DNA from: Clostridia bacterium | Lineage (GTDB): Bacteria; Bacillota; Clostridia; TANB77; CAG-508 | DNA: 64,000 nucleotides | Assembly (NCBI GenBank): GCA_022790975.1 | Contig: JAAVYF010000045.1 | Location: forward strand, 133-64,132 | Direction of reading: 5' to 3' | In this document: piece after piece, positions 1-9,543 of the stretch | How the letters are laid out: every line of letters starts with the position of its first letter | Numbering within the stretch: position 1 is the stretch's first letter | Program-made: the position numbers and the translations under genes | Notes under the pieces: model-generated | The model's database searches: none | The model's input: the letters and a program-made list of their open reading frames with translations, nothing else | What the model was told of the DNA's origin: nothing

Positions 1-287
1 TAATTTTTCATATATTTAATGACCTTCTCATTACTATAAACTACACTACTATATTTTATAGTAGTTATCGTTAAAAGTCAATATATAATAAAAAAATAAT
101 TGCATTTAATTCGTTTGTGTTTCTTGTAAAAAAATAGATTAGTTGCACTGAACTAATCTATTTGTATAACTGCCTGTCGTACAAAAAAGACTGTCATTAC
201 TGACAATCTTTTCGGTAAATTACTATTAGTCGAGATGATTATATCACATTGTGCATTTTCTGTATAATTTTTTGCTGTTTTCCTCAA

Positions 288-304
288 TTCGACAATGTTC
301 GACA
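288..304 (-). promoter_or_regulatory. Two tandem Spo0A-box consensus sites (TGTCGAA)
   Basis: TTCGACA at 288-294 and 298-304 on +, 10 bp apart, upstream of a Spo0A-like gene. Confidence 0.5.
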
Positions 305-356
305 CATTTTTCTGCTGAAAGTATTGAAATGGGTACAAAAAAAGAAGTTTACAGTA

Positions 357-385
357 TTGAATTGACATAATTTTTGTGATATAAT
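357..385 (+). promoter_or_regulatory. sigmaA-type promoter with extended -10
   Basis: TTGAAT(357-362)-17 bp-TATAAT(380-385), with TG at 377-378. Confidence 0.5.
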
Positions 386-426
386 GTTGGAAAAAAATTG
401 AAATAATACATTTGTGAGGCTAAATT

Positions 427-1158
427 ATGGTTAATGTACTTATCGGCAATAAGAATACACGTGAAATTGATATTCTTTGTCAAGAACTTGCAAATGAAAA
501 AAATTATAGGGTTGATAATGCCATTACTGGATATGATGCAATATCTATGTATTGGAAAGTAAATCCAGACATTTTAGTTTTAGACAATAATTTATCTGAT
601 ATATCACTTGAAGATATAGTAAATAGATTGTCTAGTAGTCCTGTAGAGAGAAAAAGATGTAATACTATTTTAACATTATCGCCACACTATAGTATGAAAC
701 TTAATAATGTTGCTAAAATTAATGAAATCTTATACAAGCCTATTCAAAGTAACGAATTGGTTGAAGCAATAAAAATGTTGTCTATTGATTATAATACTCC
801 AGATATAGAATTTGGAGAGATTGACTGGCTTTTGCAATCTCTTAATTTTAATTGTATGTCATCTGGATATAGGTATATGAAGGATGCTATTATTTACTGC
901 TACTATAGACCTGATCAATTAGAATTTTTAAATACTGTTTTAAAGTATCTCGCTTATAAGTATAATGTTCCAGAAACAAGAGTTAGAGATTCTTTGAAAA
1001 GTTGTATAAGACCATTTAATAATACTAATGTGTATAGTTGTTCAAATGATTTATACAAGGTTTTGTATAATAATGGTGATAAATTATCACTTAAAGATTT
1101 TATAGAAAGAATAGTATTCTACTTAATAAAAGTAAAAAGAAAAGATAGATTGTTCTAA
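427..1158 (+). CDS. Spo0A-like response regulator paralogue
   Basis: N-terminal receiver (PDILVLDNN). The C-terminus GYRYMKDAII...LAYKYNVPETRVRDSLK resembles the Spo0A DNA-binding domain. Confidence 0.7.
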   Translation: MVNVLIGNKNTREIDILCQELANEKNYRVDNAITGYDAISMYWKVNPDILVLDNNLSDISLEDIVNRLSSSPVERKRCNTILTLSPHYSMKLNNVAKINEILYKPIQSNELVEAIKMLSIDYNTPDIEFGEIDWLLQSLNFNCMSSGYRYMKDAIIYCYYRPDQLEFLNTVLKYLAYKYNVPETRVRDSLKSCIRPFNNTNVYSCSNDLYKVLYNNGDKLSLKDFIERIVFYLIKVKRKDRLF

Positions 1159-1183
1159 TCATTAGAATATCTACCTTTTTTTA

Positions 1184-2672
1184 TTAGAATTTTTTATTTA
1201 AAATTTCCTTATAATTTTCTATTATTCCATTATATCTTATTTCAGTTTGTTCTCTTATTATTGTATTCATTTTATCTCCAATAGCATTTCTTGCCTCCAG
1301 GTATTCTTCTTTTGGTATATCTGGTGCTATTATATTAAATGTTGGAACATTCTCATTTAAAGTCTGCTTTGATTTTTTTATTATATCAATACCTTTCATA
1401 TCTGAATTAAAATCATATTTTGTAAATACCATTTCTGGCTTTAATTCAACTATTTTATTGTAAGTATCTTCTGGAGTTTTAGCAACTGCCACTATATCTA
1501 CATCTTTTCTCTTACTTAATATATCTACAATTTTATTTTTTACTAATTCATCATCATAAGCAATAATAGTTCTAATTTTATCTCCAGTTGTTTTCCCTTC
1601 CCAATCAAGTTCTTTCCAAACTTTTTCATCTTGTTTTGGCTTAAATGAACAGCAAACTGGTACATATTTTCCAAATTTATTATGTTTGAATTGTGTTGCA
1701 CAAGGTGTATTTTTATCTAATTCTATTCCTCTTAATTCGTTTGTTGGAGAATTATCCCATTCGATTTTATTATCATAGTATCTTGCTATTCCGATATGGT
1801 GTTCCTATAAGAAGTGGGCAAATTCTTAATATTCCATTAGGATGTACTAATATGCTACTTCTAGTCTTGCACACACAAAATCCATAATATTCTGGATTTC
1901 TTAAAAATCTTTCTTTTGTTGTAAAAGATGATGGGATTCTTACAGGAATTGAATATTCTTTATTTTCAACCTTGTTTTCTATTTCCTCTTTTACCTTAAA
2001 CCAATCATCTATTGTAATATCAATATTTCCTGTAAAGTGATCTCTAGGTACACCTGTTTTAAAAAGATTATGGAAGTTCATCTTTTCTATACCTAATTCT
2101 TCTGCAAACTTAATCATTCTATCCAAATATAAATTTCCATTTTTATCTCTTTCAATCATTCCTTTACTGATACAAGATGTTATATCAATATTATAACCTA
2201 ACTCTTTTGCTTTTTTTATATTTGCTACACATTTATCAAAAGAACCTTTGCCTCTAATTGGATCATTTATTTCTGCTGTTGGTCCATCTATGGAGAATGT
2301 TATTTCATCAAGCATTTTAAATTCTTCTTTTTCTAATAATTCACTCTTAAATTGTCCGTTAGTGTCTATCCTTACATATTCATATCCTAATTCTTTTGAT
2401 TTTTTTATTAGTTCAAGTAAATGCTTATATAGTGTTGGTTCACCTCCCATTAGTGTTAATTTCGTTGCTCCCATTTCCTTAAAATCACTAATTAATTTTA
2501 CTGCATCTTCAAATGCTATCTCCTTTTTTTCTACTTGAAAACATATATCTAATTTATATAAGCATTGCACACATCTCAAATTGCAATCATCAACTAGATA
2601 AAGAAATACTTGTCTTAAGTTCTTTCCAAAGTAATCTTGGAATTTCTGATCCATTATATAATTCATTTTCAA
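1184..2672 (-). CDS. Radical SAM protein fused to a C-terminal pseudo-receiver domain; joined across a +1 shift at CGG 1791-1793
   Basis: CNLRCVQC motif and GGEPT. TAT-C-GGA-ATA gives ...TPYGIARYYD... and runs without a stop into ORF 1184..1492 (about 495 aa in total). Confidence 0.75.
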
Positions 2673-2802
2673 TATGCCTCCTTGTATAATTGAATATCTA
2701 AATTATATTATGGTCTATATTGTTTGTAAATTCCAAAATTCCGACAGTATCGTTACTTTTTCCAAAGTTCATATAAAAAAAGAGAATCCATTTTGAATCC
2801 TC

Positions 2803-3688
2803 TTATACTATATATTTTTTTATAAACTCTTTATCAACCTTTGTTAAATGTCCTTTTACATATACCAAATCAAGACTAACTTCTGGTAATTTTATTGAAT
2901 CTGGTAATTTTACTTCATATATTTCCCCACTTTCTAGAGCCTTTTTGGCTGCTTCTCTTAAAACATAAGCAACCCCTACTCCAGATTTAGCTGCATTTGT
3001 TCTTTGCTCTGTTAGTCCGACATCTTAATCTAACATCAAGTTCCACATCATATTGTTTCAATATTTTTGATAATTTTATTGTATTAGATCTTTGTTCTCC
3101 AGCTAATACATATTTATAATTTTCTAATTCTTTTATATCATTTATAGTTATTTTTTCATTTGCAACAAATATATAATCACTTCTTTTGATTTCTTTGACT
3201 TCTATGTCTTTTTCATATTGACTTGGTATTCTGTCTAATACAGCAAAATCAATTTTATTTTCTTTTACTGCTTCAATTAGATTCTCACATTCGTACGAAG
3301 TATCTAGGTTTATTTTAAGATTAGGATAATCTTTTGTTGCCTCTGCAATTCTTTCCATTAAATAAAACTCTACAATATGACTTGGGCATCCAATAGATAA
3401 ATTTCCACATTCTATATCATTTTTTGAATCTGCTATAAGCATAGCAAAATCAATATCCATAAATCCACGTTTTACTGTTTCATATATCTCTTTTCCTACA
3501 TCAGTTAACTTCAATGGCTTTCTTGCAAAAAGTTTTACTCCAAATTGTTTTTCAAGTGTACTAATATTTGCCGATACTGTAGAATGAGAATACCCTAATT
3601 TTTCTCCTGCTTCTGCAATACTTGTAGATTCTGCTGTAACTATGAAAAACCTTAATAAATTTAAGTTTATACTATTAACATCAATCAT
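2803..3688 (-). CDS. LysR-family transcriptional regulator; joined across a +1 shift at CGG 3017-3019
   Basis: LysR HTH (NLNLLRFF...SIAEAGEKLGYSHSTVSANISTLE). The +1 frame continues ...EQRTNAAKSGVGVAYV... to a stop at 2803, giving a normal length of about 294 aa. Confidence 0.8.
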
Positions 3689-3689
3689 C

Positions 3690-4277
3690 TTAAATCTCCA
3701 ATACTTTTTTTAACTCAATTTCAGCTTTCTTTACAAAGAAATTACTTTTATCTATTGGTATATTTAATTCATTGATCTTTTGTTTTAATTTATCTATTGA
3801 ATTAAATTTTTCATTTAACTCAACTTCTATTAAATTATCTCCATTTTTTATTTCTTTTATTGAAAGTTCTAATCCATCTTTTTGATAGACCATATCATCT
3901 TCAATAATGTTCATTAATTCTTTATATTTTATAGCTTTTAATAATTCTTTTCCTTGTTGTAAGTCTTTTATCTCACAATCATATTTTTCTTGACTAATAA
4001 TATCTCCATTTAGTGCAATATTTTTACTTTTATAGGTTATTTTTATAATATTATAACTCTTTATAAATTCTTTTGGCTCATACTGTTTAATTTTCCTTAA
4101 TAATATACAAGAGTTCAAAATTTCTACTATAGGCATCTTGTGTATATTGATATGTTCTGGAATATAATATATGTCATCCATTGAATATTTATCTATTAGT
4201 TGAAAACCTAGTTTTTTTAATATATTGGTCATTTCATTTATTGAACAATTTATTTTTACTGTTATTTCATTCATCAT
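3690..4277 (-). CDS. CYTH-like (class IV adenylate cyclase/triphosphatase fold) protein
   Basis: N-terminal EITVK, DDIYY, LLRK, ITYK and IEVE pattern. Confidence 0.5.
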   Translation of the reverse strand: MMNEITVKINCSINEMTNILKKLGFQLIDKYSMDDIYYIPEHINIHKMPIVEILNSCILLRKIKQYEPKEFIKSYNIIKITYKSKNIALNGDIISQEKYDCEIKDLQQGKELLKAIKYKELMNIIEDDMVYQKDGLELSIKEIKNGDNLIEVELNEKFNSIDKLKQKINELNIPIDKSNFFVKKAEIELKKVLEI

Positions 4278-4393
4278 ATATCACACCCTAAAATATTACC
4301 ACTAAATTATAACATATTATGTCAAATTTGTAAACCTAAAAGCCGAAAAAAGCCACTATATAAACGATAGTAGCTTTTCAAATCTATATTTAA

Positions 4394-5401
4394 TCAAACA
4401 AATTTCATTCTTAAATCTTCTTTAAATTTTTTTCTTGATGGATTTCCTTCTACTCTATAAATTTTTTTATTCTTTAAATCATATATAATAGACCAAACTG
4501 TATCAGCACCTGTTTTTCTATTATATTGACACATAAATCCGTATTTTCCAGATAAAATATCTTTTGCCAATTCTAATGAAAAATTATTTTTATTTTCCTT
4601 TAATGTATTATATGCTACTGAATATCTTTCATCTGATCTCCAATCATCTATTCCACAATTTCTATATTCAAACATTTCATTAGAATTAAAATTGTTAGCA
4701 GTAGCAACAAATTCTCCATCATTACTCGGCTTTATTAGTTGTATATGATTACAATTACATTCTACAATAGCAAGATTTCCCTTACTATCTGCTAGCGTTA
4801 AAGTCTGTTGTGAAGCAATAGGAATCTTTTTTAGTTTTTCTAATGCTTCATCTGTTGTTTTGCATTTTTCTAAAAGATAACGAACTAACATTCCAGAATT
4901 AAATCCTGCTTTTCTTACTTTAGGATAAACAAAAGTAAGACCTATTGCCAATCCATATTCATTAACACCATCCTCCATTTGAACAAATGCAGTAGTGTTT
5001 CCATTAAAAGCATATACATTATCTAATTTATATAAACAATTCATATATAGTTTTTCTAATTCTACTAAAAAATCACTATTTCTTCCAAATATTATATCTT
5101 TTTCATCTTTATATGCAAAGCAAGTGCATTTATTATTAAATTCAAAGCAATACATACTTAATAAAAAAGTGCATAGATTTTCGTATGAATCTTTCTGACC
5201 ATCTGCTATTCCTTTTATTTCTTGCAATATCTCTGGATAGATTTTTTCATAAATTGGAATACACTCTTTTGCAAATCTTTTTCTTTCTTCTGTAATAACA
5301 AATGTGTGGTTATTACTTATAATATTATTATTTTTATATAATAAACTTCCCAATTTATAACCTGCGTCATAATGGCTTCCTTTAAATCTTGAATGATACA
5401 T
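4394..5401 (-). CDS. C45-family Ntn-hydrolase/peptidase (acyl-CoA:6-APA acyltransferase-like)
   Basis: EIKGIADG...KCTCF...FGRNSD...DGVNEYGLA...TNNF pattern. Confidence 0.75.
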   Translation of the reverse strand: MYHSRFKGSHYDAGYKLGSLLYKNNNIISNNHTFVITEERKRFAKECIPIYEKIYPEILQEIKGIADGQKDSYENLCTFLLSMYCFEFNNKCTCFAYKDEKDIIFGRNSDFLVELEKLYMNCLYKLDNVYAFNGNTTAFVQMEDGVNEYGLAIGLTFVYPKVRKAGFNSGMLVRYLLEKCKTTDEALEKLKKIPIASQQTLTLADSKGNLAIVECNCNHIQLIKPSNDGEFVATANNFNSNEMFEYRNCGIDDWRSDERYSVAYNTLKENKNNFSLELAKDILSGKYGFMCQYNRKTGADTVWSIIYDLKNKKIYRVEGNPSRKKFKEDLRMKFV

Positions 5402-5551
5402 TTTTTAATTTCTTCCCTTCATAAATATAATGGTAAGCACTTACTAAATTAAGTTTAGAAAATTAAAAAATTTTTGTCAATACTCTTGTTTACTATAATA
5501 ATTTCTTTTTTATAAAATAAAGATTAGTTCTTTTGAACTAACCTTTATTTA

Positions 5552-5845
5552 CTAAAATTTATTATAATCTTTATCCCAAGTTTGTTTGATTTTATCTTCT
5601 ATTTCTTCTAGTGTTATTTTTTTATCTAAATAATCATCTCTACATTGATCTACACATAAAGATAAATTTTGTATAGCACAATATGTATAAAATTCAATAG
5701 AATCCTCTTTAGCCAATACAAGTGGTTGCTTGGTAATTATAAGGTAGGAACTTAATTCATTTAATTTTTGTATATCATTTACTTTTAAATTTCTAACAGT
5801 ATCATTTACATTTTCTAAAATTTCTTGATAGTTAACCTCTGACAT
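5552..5845 (-). CDS. Hypothetical protein
   Basis: 97-aa ORF with GAGGAGGG RBS. Confidence 0.6.
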   Translation of the reverse strand: MSEVNYQEILENVNDTVRNLKVNDIQKLNELSSYLIITKQPLVLAKEDSIEFYTYCAIQNLSLCVDQCRDDYLDKKITLEEIEDKIKQTWDKDYNKF

Positions 5846-5883
5846 AAAATATTCCCTCCTCTCTTTCTCGATTATAATTTATA

Positions 5884-6078
5884 TTAACCTTCTTTATTTT
5901 CAAGTTCATCTATGCTATTAGATAAAGAAGTCATAAATTGCTCTTTTGTTATTCCCATTTCTTTCATATATCTATGTGATAACAAACTAATAAAAATTCC
6001 TACTTCTTTTGGATCTCCTTCTTTTACTAATTTTTCAATTACTTTGTACGCTTCATCTGGATTTAAATTTTTATCCAT
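5884..6078 (-). CDS. Hypothetical protein
   Basis: 64-aa ORF with GGAGGG RBS. Confidence 0.55.
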   Translation of the reverse strand: MDKNLNPDEAYKVIEKLVKEGDPKEVGIFISLLSHRYMKEMGITKEQFMTSLSNSIDELENKEG

Positions 6079-6116
6079 ATTTCTTTCCCTCCTATTTATT
6101 TTATTATTACCTATTT

Positions 6117-6329
6117 TTATAATGAACCATTTAGGTTTAGTCCAAGTAGTTGTAATTCAATGTTTATTGCATTTGCTTCAAATTGTTCTATATTAATTTT
6201 TTTCAAATCACTTTTACTCTTTTGGCATAGTTTTTCTAATGTATCAATTTTGTTATCCTTTAGCTTTTTTATTATGCTATCTGCTATATCTAACCTATCA
6301 ATGCTTTGTTTTTTTAGTTTTTCTTCCAT
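6117..6329 (-). CDS. Stand-alone RNA polymerase alpha-CTD-like protein
   Basis: SIDRLDI...LKDNKIDTLEKLCQKSKSDLKKIN...LQLLGLNL aligns by eye to the alpha-CTD pattern TIEELDL...[25 protein letters not shown]...LEELGLGL. Confidence 0.6.
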   Translation of the reverse strand: MEEKLKKQSIDRLDIADSIIKKLKDNKIDTLEKLCQKSKSDLKKINIEQFEANAINIELQLLGLNLNGSL

Positions 6330-6615
6330 CCTTTTGCACCCTTTCTGTTACTTTTTTTATTGCTATCAATATTTCATTATCTTCTACTATTTTTGTTTTT
6401 CCTTCGTATTCGTATTCTTCTCCTCTAAAATATACTTTATAATCTAAATTACGAAGTTTATTTTCTATTAGTAAATTGAAAATATTTTCATCACTTTTTG
6501 AAAGATTGTATTTAACCATTATTTCAAAGAAAGTGTATCTAATAAAATTTGAATCTTGTTCTAGTTTTTCATTTAATGTTTTTTCAATTATGTTTATAAT
6601 TTGTGCTTCTGTCAT
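6298..6615 (-). CDS. Hypothetical protein
   Basis: 105-aa ORF with AGGAAGGAG RBS. Confidence 0.6.
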   Translation of the reverse strand: MTEAQIINIIEKTLNEKLEQDSNFIRYTFFEIMVKYNLSKSDENIFNLLIENKLRNLDYKVYFRGEEYEYEGKTKIVEDNEILIAIKKVTERVQKDGRKTKKTKH

Positions 6616-6654
6616 CTATTTACACTCTCCTTCCTATTGATTAATATCTCCAAA

Positions 6655-7911
6655 TTAAACATCCAGACTATTGGCATCAGTTAAAAAGTTAAATATTCCC
6701 ATTGTTACTACACCGTTTTCATCACGTCTTGGTTTTATATTATCTTTAACAACTATTATCTTTTTGAAAGAATCACCTATATTTATTAAAGAGTTATTTT
6801 CTTGTCTTATCTTTTCTGGATTACTCATTGAAAATGCTGATTGTATATAGTATTTATTGTTTCCTTGTGTTACAACGAAATCCACTTCATAACTTTTTAA
6901 GATTCGACTTCCTTTTTCATTTTTTTCATATACATTTACAACTCCAACATCCACATTATATCCACGAATCCTTAATTCATTATAGATGATGTTTTCCATT
7001 ACGTGATTTTCTTCTGTTTGTCTAAAATTTATTCTTGCATTTCTTAATCCTATATCTTCAAAATAATATTTGTATGGAGAATTAATATATTTTTTACCTT
7101 TTACATCATATCTTTTAGCTTCATTTATTAAAAATGAATCCTCAAAATAATCAATATATCTTTTTATTGTCTTATCATCTATATTCTTATTTTTCTCACT
7201 TCTAAAAGTTTTTGACAATTTTAAAGGATTTGTAAGAGAACCAACAGCAGATGATAATATATCTAAAAGTTCATCTAATTCTATTTTATTTTTTATTTTT
7301 TTATGTCTTTCAAGAATATCTGATATATATACCTTCTCAAATAAAGACTTTAAATATTCTGTTTTTTCTTTGCTTGTTTCTCGAGATAAGACTAATGGCA
7401 TACCACCATAATTGTAATAGTCATCCCAAGCCTCATCTATAGTTCCTTGATATACAGAGATAAACTCCCTAAAACTTAAAGGAAAAACGTGTATTTCATC
7501 ACCACGACCTCTAAATTCTGTTATTACATCTGATGATAAAAACTTCGAGTTACTACCTGTTACATAAACATCTGCATTTCTAATGTGCATTAAACTATTT
7601 AATACATCCTCAAATTCATCTAAATATTGAATTTCATCTAACAAGATATAATATAATTTATCATCTGTAATTTTTTCTTTAATAAATTTCAACATATTAT
7701 CTGGATTTCTTAATTCCTTATTTGTTCTATCATCTAATGCAATGTCTATTATATGAGATTTATCTATACCTTTACTTATTAAATAATTATAATATAAATT
7801 AAACAATAGATAAGATTTTCCTGATCTTCTTAATCCTGTTATAACTTTAATAAGTCCATTATTCTCTCTATTTATCAATTTATTAAGATAGTCATCTCTT
7901 TTTATCTCCAT
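6655..7911 (-). CDS. AAA_14/DUF4143 ATP-binding protein
   Basis: Walker A ITGLRRSGKS, Walker B LLDEIQ, VTGS, KYYFEDIGLRN, EVDFV. Confidence 0.85.
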   Translation of the reverse strand: MEIKRDDYLNKLINRENNGLIKVITGLRRSGKSYLLFNLYYNYLISKGIDKSHIIDIALDDRTNKELRNPDNMLKFIKEKITDDKLYYILLDEIQYLDEFEDVLNSLMHIRNADVYVTGSNSKFLSSDVITEFRGRGDEIHVFPLSFREFISVYQGTIDEAWDDYYNYGGMPLVLSRETSKEKTEYLKSLFEKVYISDILERHKKIKNKIELDELLDILSSAVGSLTNPLKLSKTFRSEKNKNIDDKTIKRYIDYFEDSFLINEAKRYDVKGKKYINSPYKYYFEDIGLRNARINFRQTEENHVMENIIYNELRIRGYNVDVGVVNVYEKNEKGSRILKSYEVDFVVTQGNNKYYIQSAFSMSNPEKIRQENNSLINIGDSFKKIIVVKDNIKPRRDENGVVTMGIFNFLTDANSLDV

Positions 7912-8014
7912 ATAAAATCCTCTCTTTCTTGCTTGATTTTATACTAATTATTTCTAATTGTCAATATTATTTCGCCGAATTTTGTTGCAAATGCAAAAAA
8001 AATCGGCATATAAT

Positions 8015-9475
8015 TTATTTTTTTATTAACAAATTTTTGAATATTGCTTCTAACACATTAACAACAATGCTATTCCCTGCTTGTCGATAAAGTTGAGTAT
8101 CACTCGTAGGTACTAATTTTGCTTTTTCAAAATCATCATCATCAAATCCCATCAACCTCCAGCACTCAAGTGGAGTTAACTTCCTTATTTTCATATAATG
8201 ATTACCATCTTCTGATATTAAGACTGCTGCGGTAGATGTCACATTTCCACAGCTAGCAGTTTGTGTAGGAGCAATATCTTTTATCTCTTTTTGATTATAT
8301 GGATTGAACATTTTTCTTTCTGCTATACTTGGTCTAAATTGACTTGCAGTAACAGCAGTTGCAATCCCTTCTGTATCATAAATTCTATCTTGAACACTAG
8401 GTTGTTTATATTGATTATTTAAACATATAGGTTTGGGAGTTTCAATAACTGTAGCCATACTAGGTGAAGTTAAAATAGTTTGAGATACTTCTTTACCAAC
8501 TCTACCTCTCTTTGTTGTACTATTGGGATATGAATAATTTATTGAATCTCCCTCCATTGCCTCTGCATATCCTTTTTTAGTTCCTTCTTTTACTAGGATG
8601 TATGGTTGCTTATGCCCACCATTACTCATTGTTGTTAATGTAGGAGATATTCCTTCTGTATTGTATATACTTCCTGCTTGTCTTTTTTTAGTTTCTGTAT
8701 CATACATTCCAGCAATTTTATTTGGTTTATTATTTTCTGCTATGTATTGATTATTACTACCACTCATTTTACTATATCCTGCAATAATACAAGAGCAAAT
8801 ATTGGGATTCTTATAATCCCTTAATAACTTATTATTCTTTTTTATTAGTCTACCTATTCCACTTTCAGTTAAATAAAATTTTTCATCAACTTTATCTTCT
8901 AGAATATCTTTTAATTTTAAATTTAATGTTACTGGAGATGGAAAAGTAAATTCATTTTTATCAACATCTTTGCGAATAGATACAATAAAAATTCTTTCTC
9001 TATTCTGGGGAACACCAAAGTCTTTTGCATTTAGGACTTTCCAATAATTATTATATCCTAGTTCTGATATGTCATTCAAAATAGAATCAAATTGATTTTT
9101 AAATCTTTGACTTGTCAAATTTTTTACATTTTCAATAATACTGAAACTTGGCATTTTAGCCTTTAATATTTTATATCCTTCATAGTATAATCCGCTTCTA
9201 GTTCCCTCTTTTATTCCTTCCATTCTTCCAGCAATACTAATGTCTTGACAAGGAAATCCCCAGGTTAATAAATCAAATTCTGGGATTTTATCAATATCTA
9301 TTTTTGTTACATCTCCTAAATTTTTATATTCTGGTACATTATGAATAGCACAATAACTCTTAATAGCAAATTTATCAATTTCACTAAATCCCACTAATTC
9401 ATAATTTATATTTAATCTTTCTAATGCCTTCTCAAAGGCTCCTATTCCTGTAAACAGGCTCATTACTTTTAACAT
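8015..9475 (-). CDS. DNA (cytosine-5) methyltransferase with a long variable region
   Basis: Motifs FTGIGAF, GFPCQD, ENV, QNRER, LTPLECWRLMGF and QAGNSIVV. Confidence 0.9.
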   Translation of the reverse strand: MLKVMSLFTGIGAFEKALERLNINYELVGFSEIDKFAIKSYCAIHNVPEYKNLGDVTKIDIDKIPEFDLLTWGFPCQDISIAGRMEGIKEGTRSGLYYEGYKILKAKMPSFSIIENVKNLTSQRFKNQFDSILNDISELGYNNYWKVLNAKDFGVPQNRERIFIVSIRKDVDKNEFTFPSPVTLNLKLKDILEDKVDEKFYLTESGIGRLIKKNNKLLRDYKNPNICSCIIAGYSKMSGSNNQYIAENNKPNKIAGMYDTETKKRQAGSIYNTEGISPTLTTMSNGGHKQPYILVKEGTKKGYAEAMEGDSINYSYPNSTTKRGRVGKEVSQTILTSPSMATVIETPKPICLNNQYKQPSVQDRIYDTEGIATAVTASQFRPSIAERKMFNPYNQKEIKDIAPTQTASCGNVTSTAAVLISEDGNHYMKIRKLTPLECWRLMGFDDDDFEKAKLVPTSDTQLYRQAGNSIVVNVLEAIFKNLLIKK

Positions 9476-9543
9476 AATCTAATTCCTCCTTTGCATACGA
9501 AAAAAGCCCCAGAATTTAATCTGGAGCCAATTTTTTTATTTAA

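Noticed and set aside
153-368. 71-aa minus-strand ORF
   Set aside because: No recognisable domain or RBS, and it overlaps promoter, 0A boxes and a terminator
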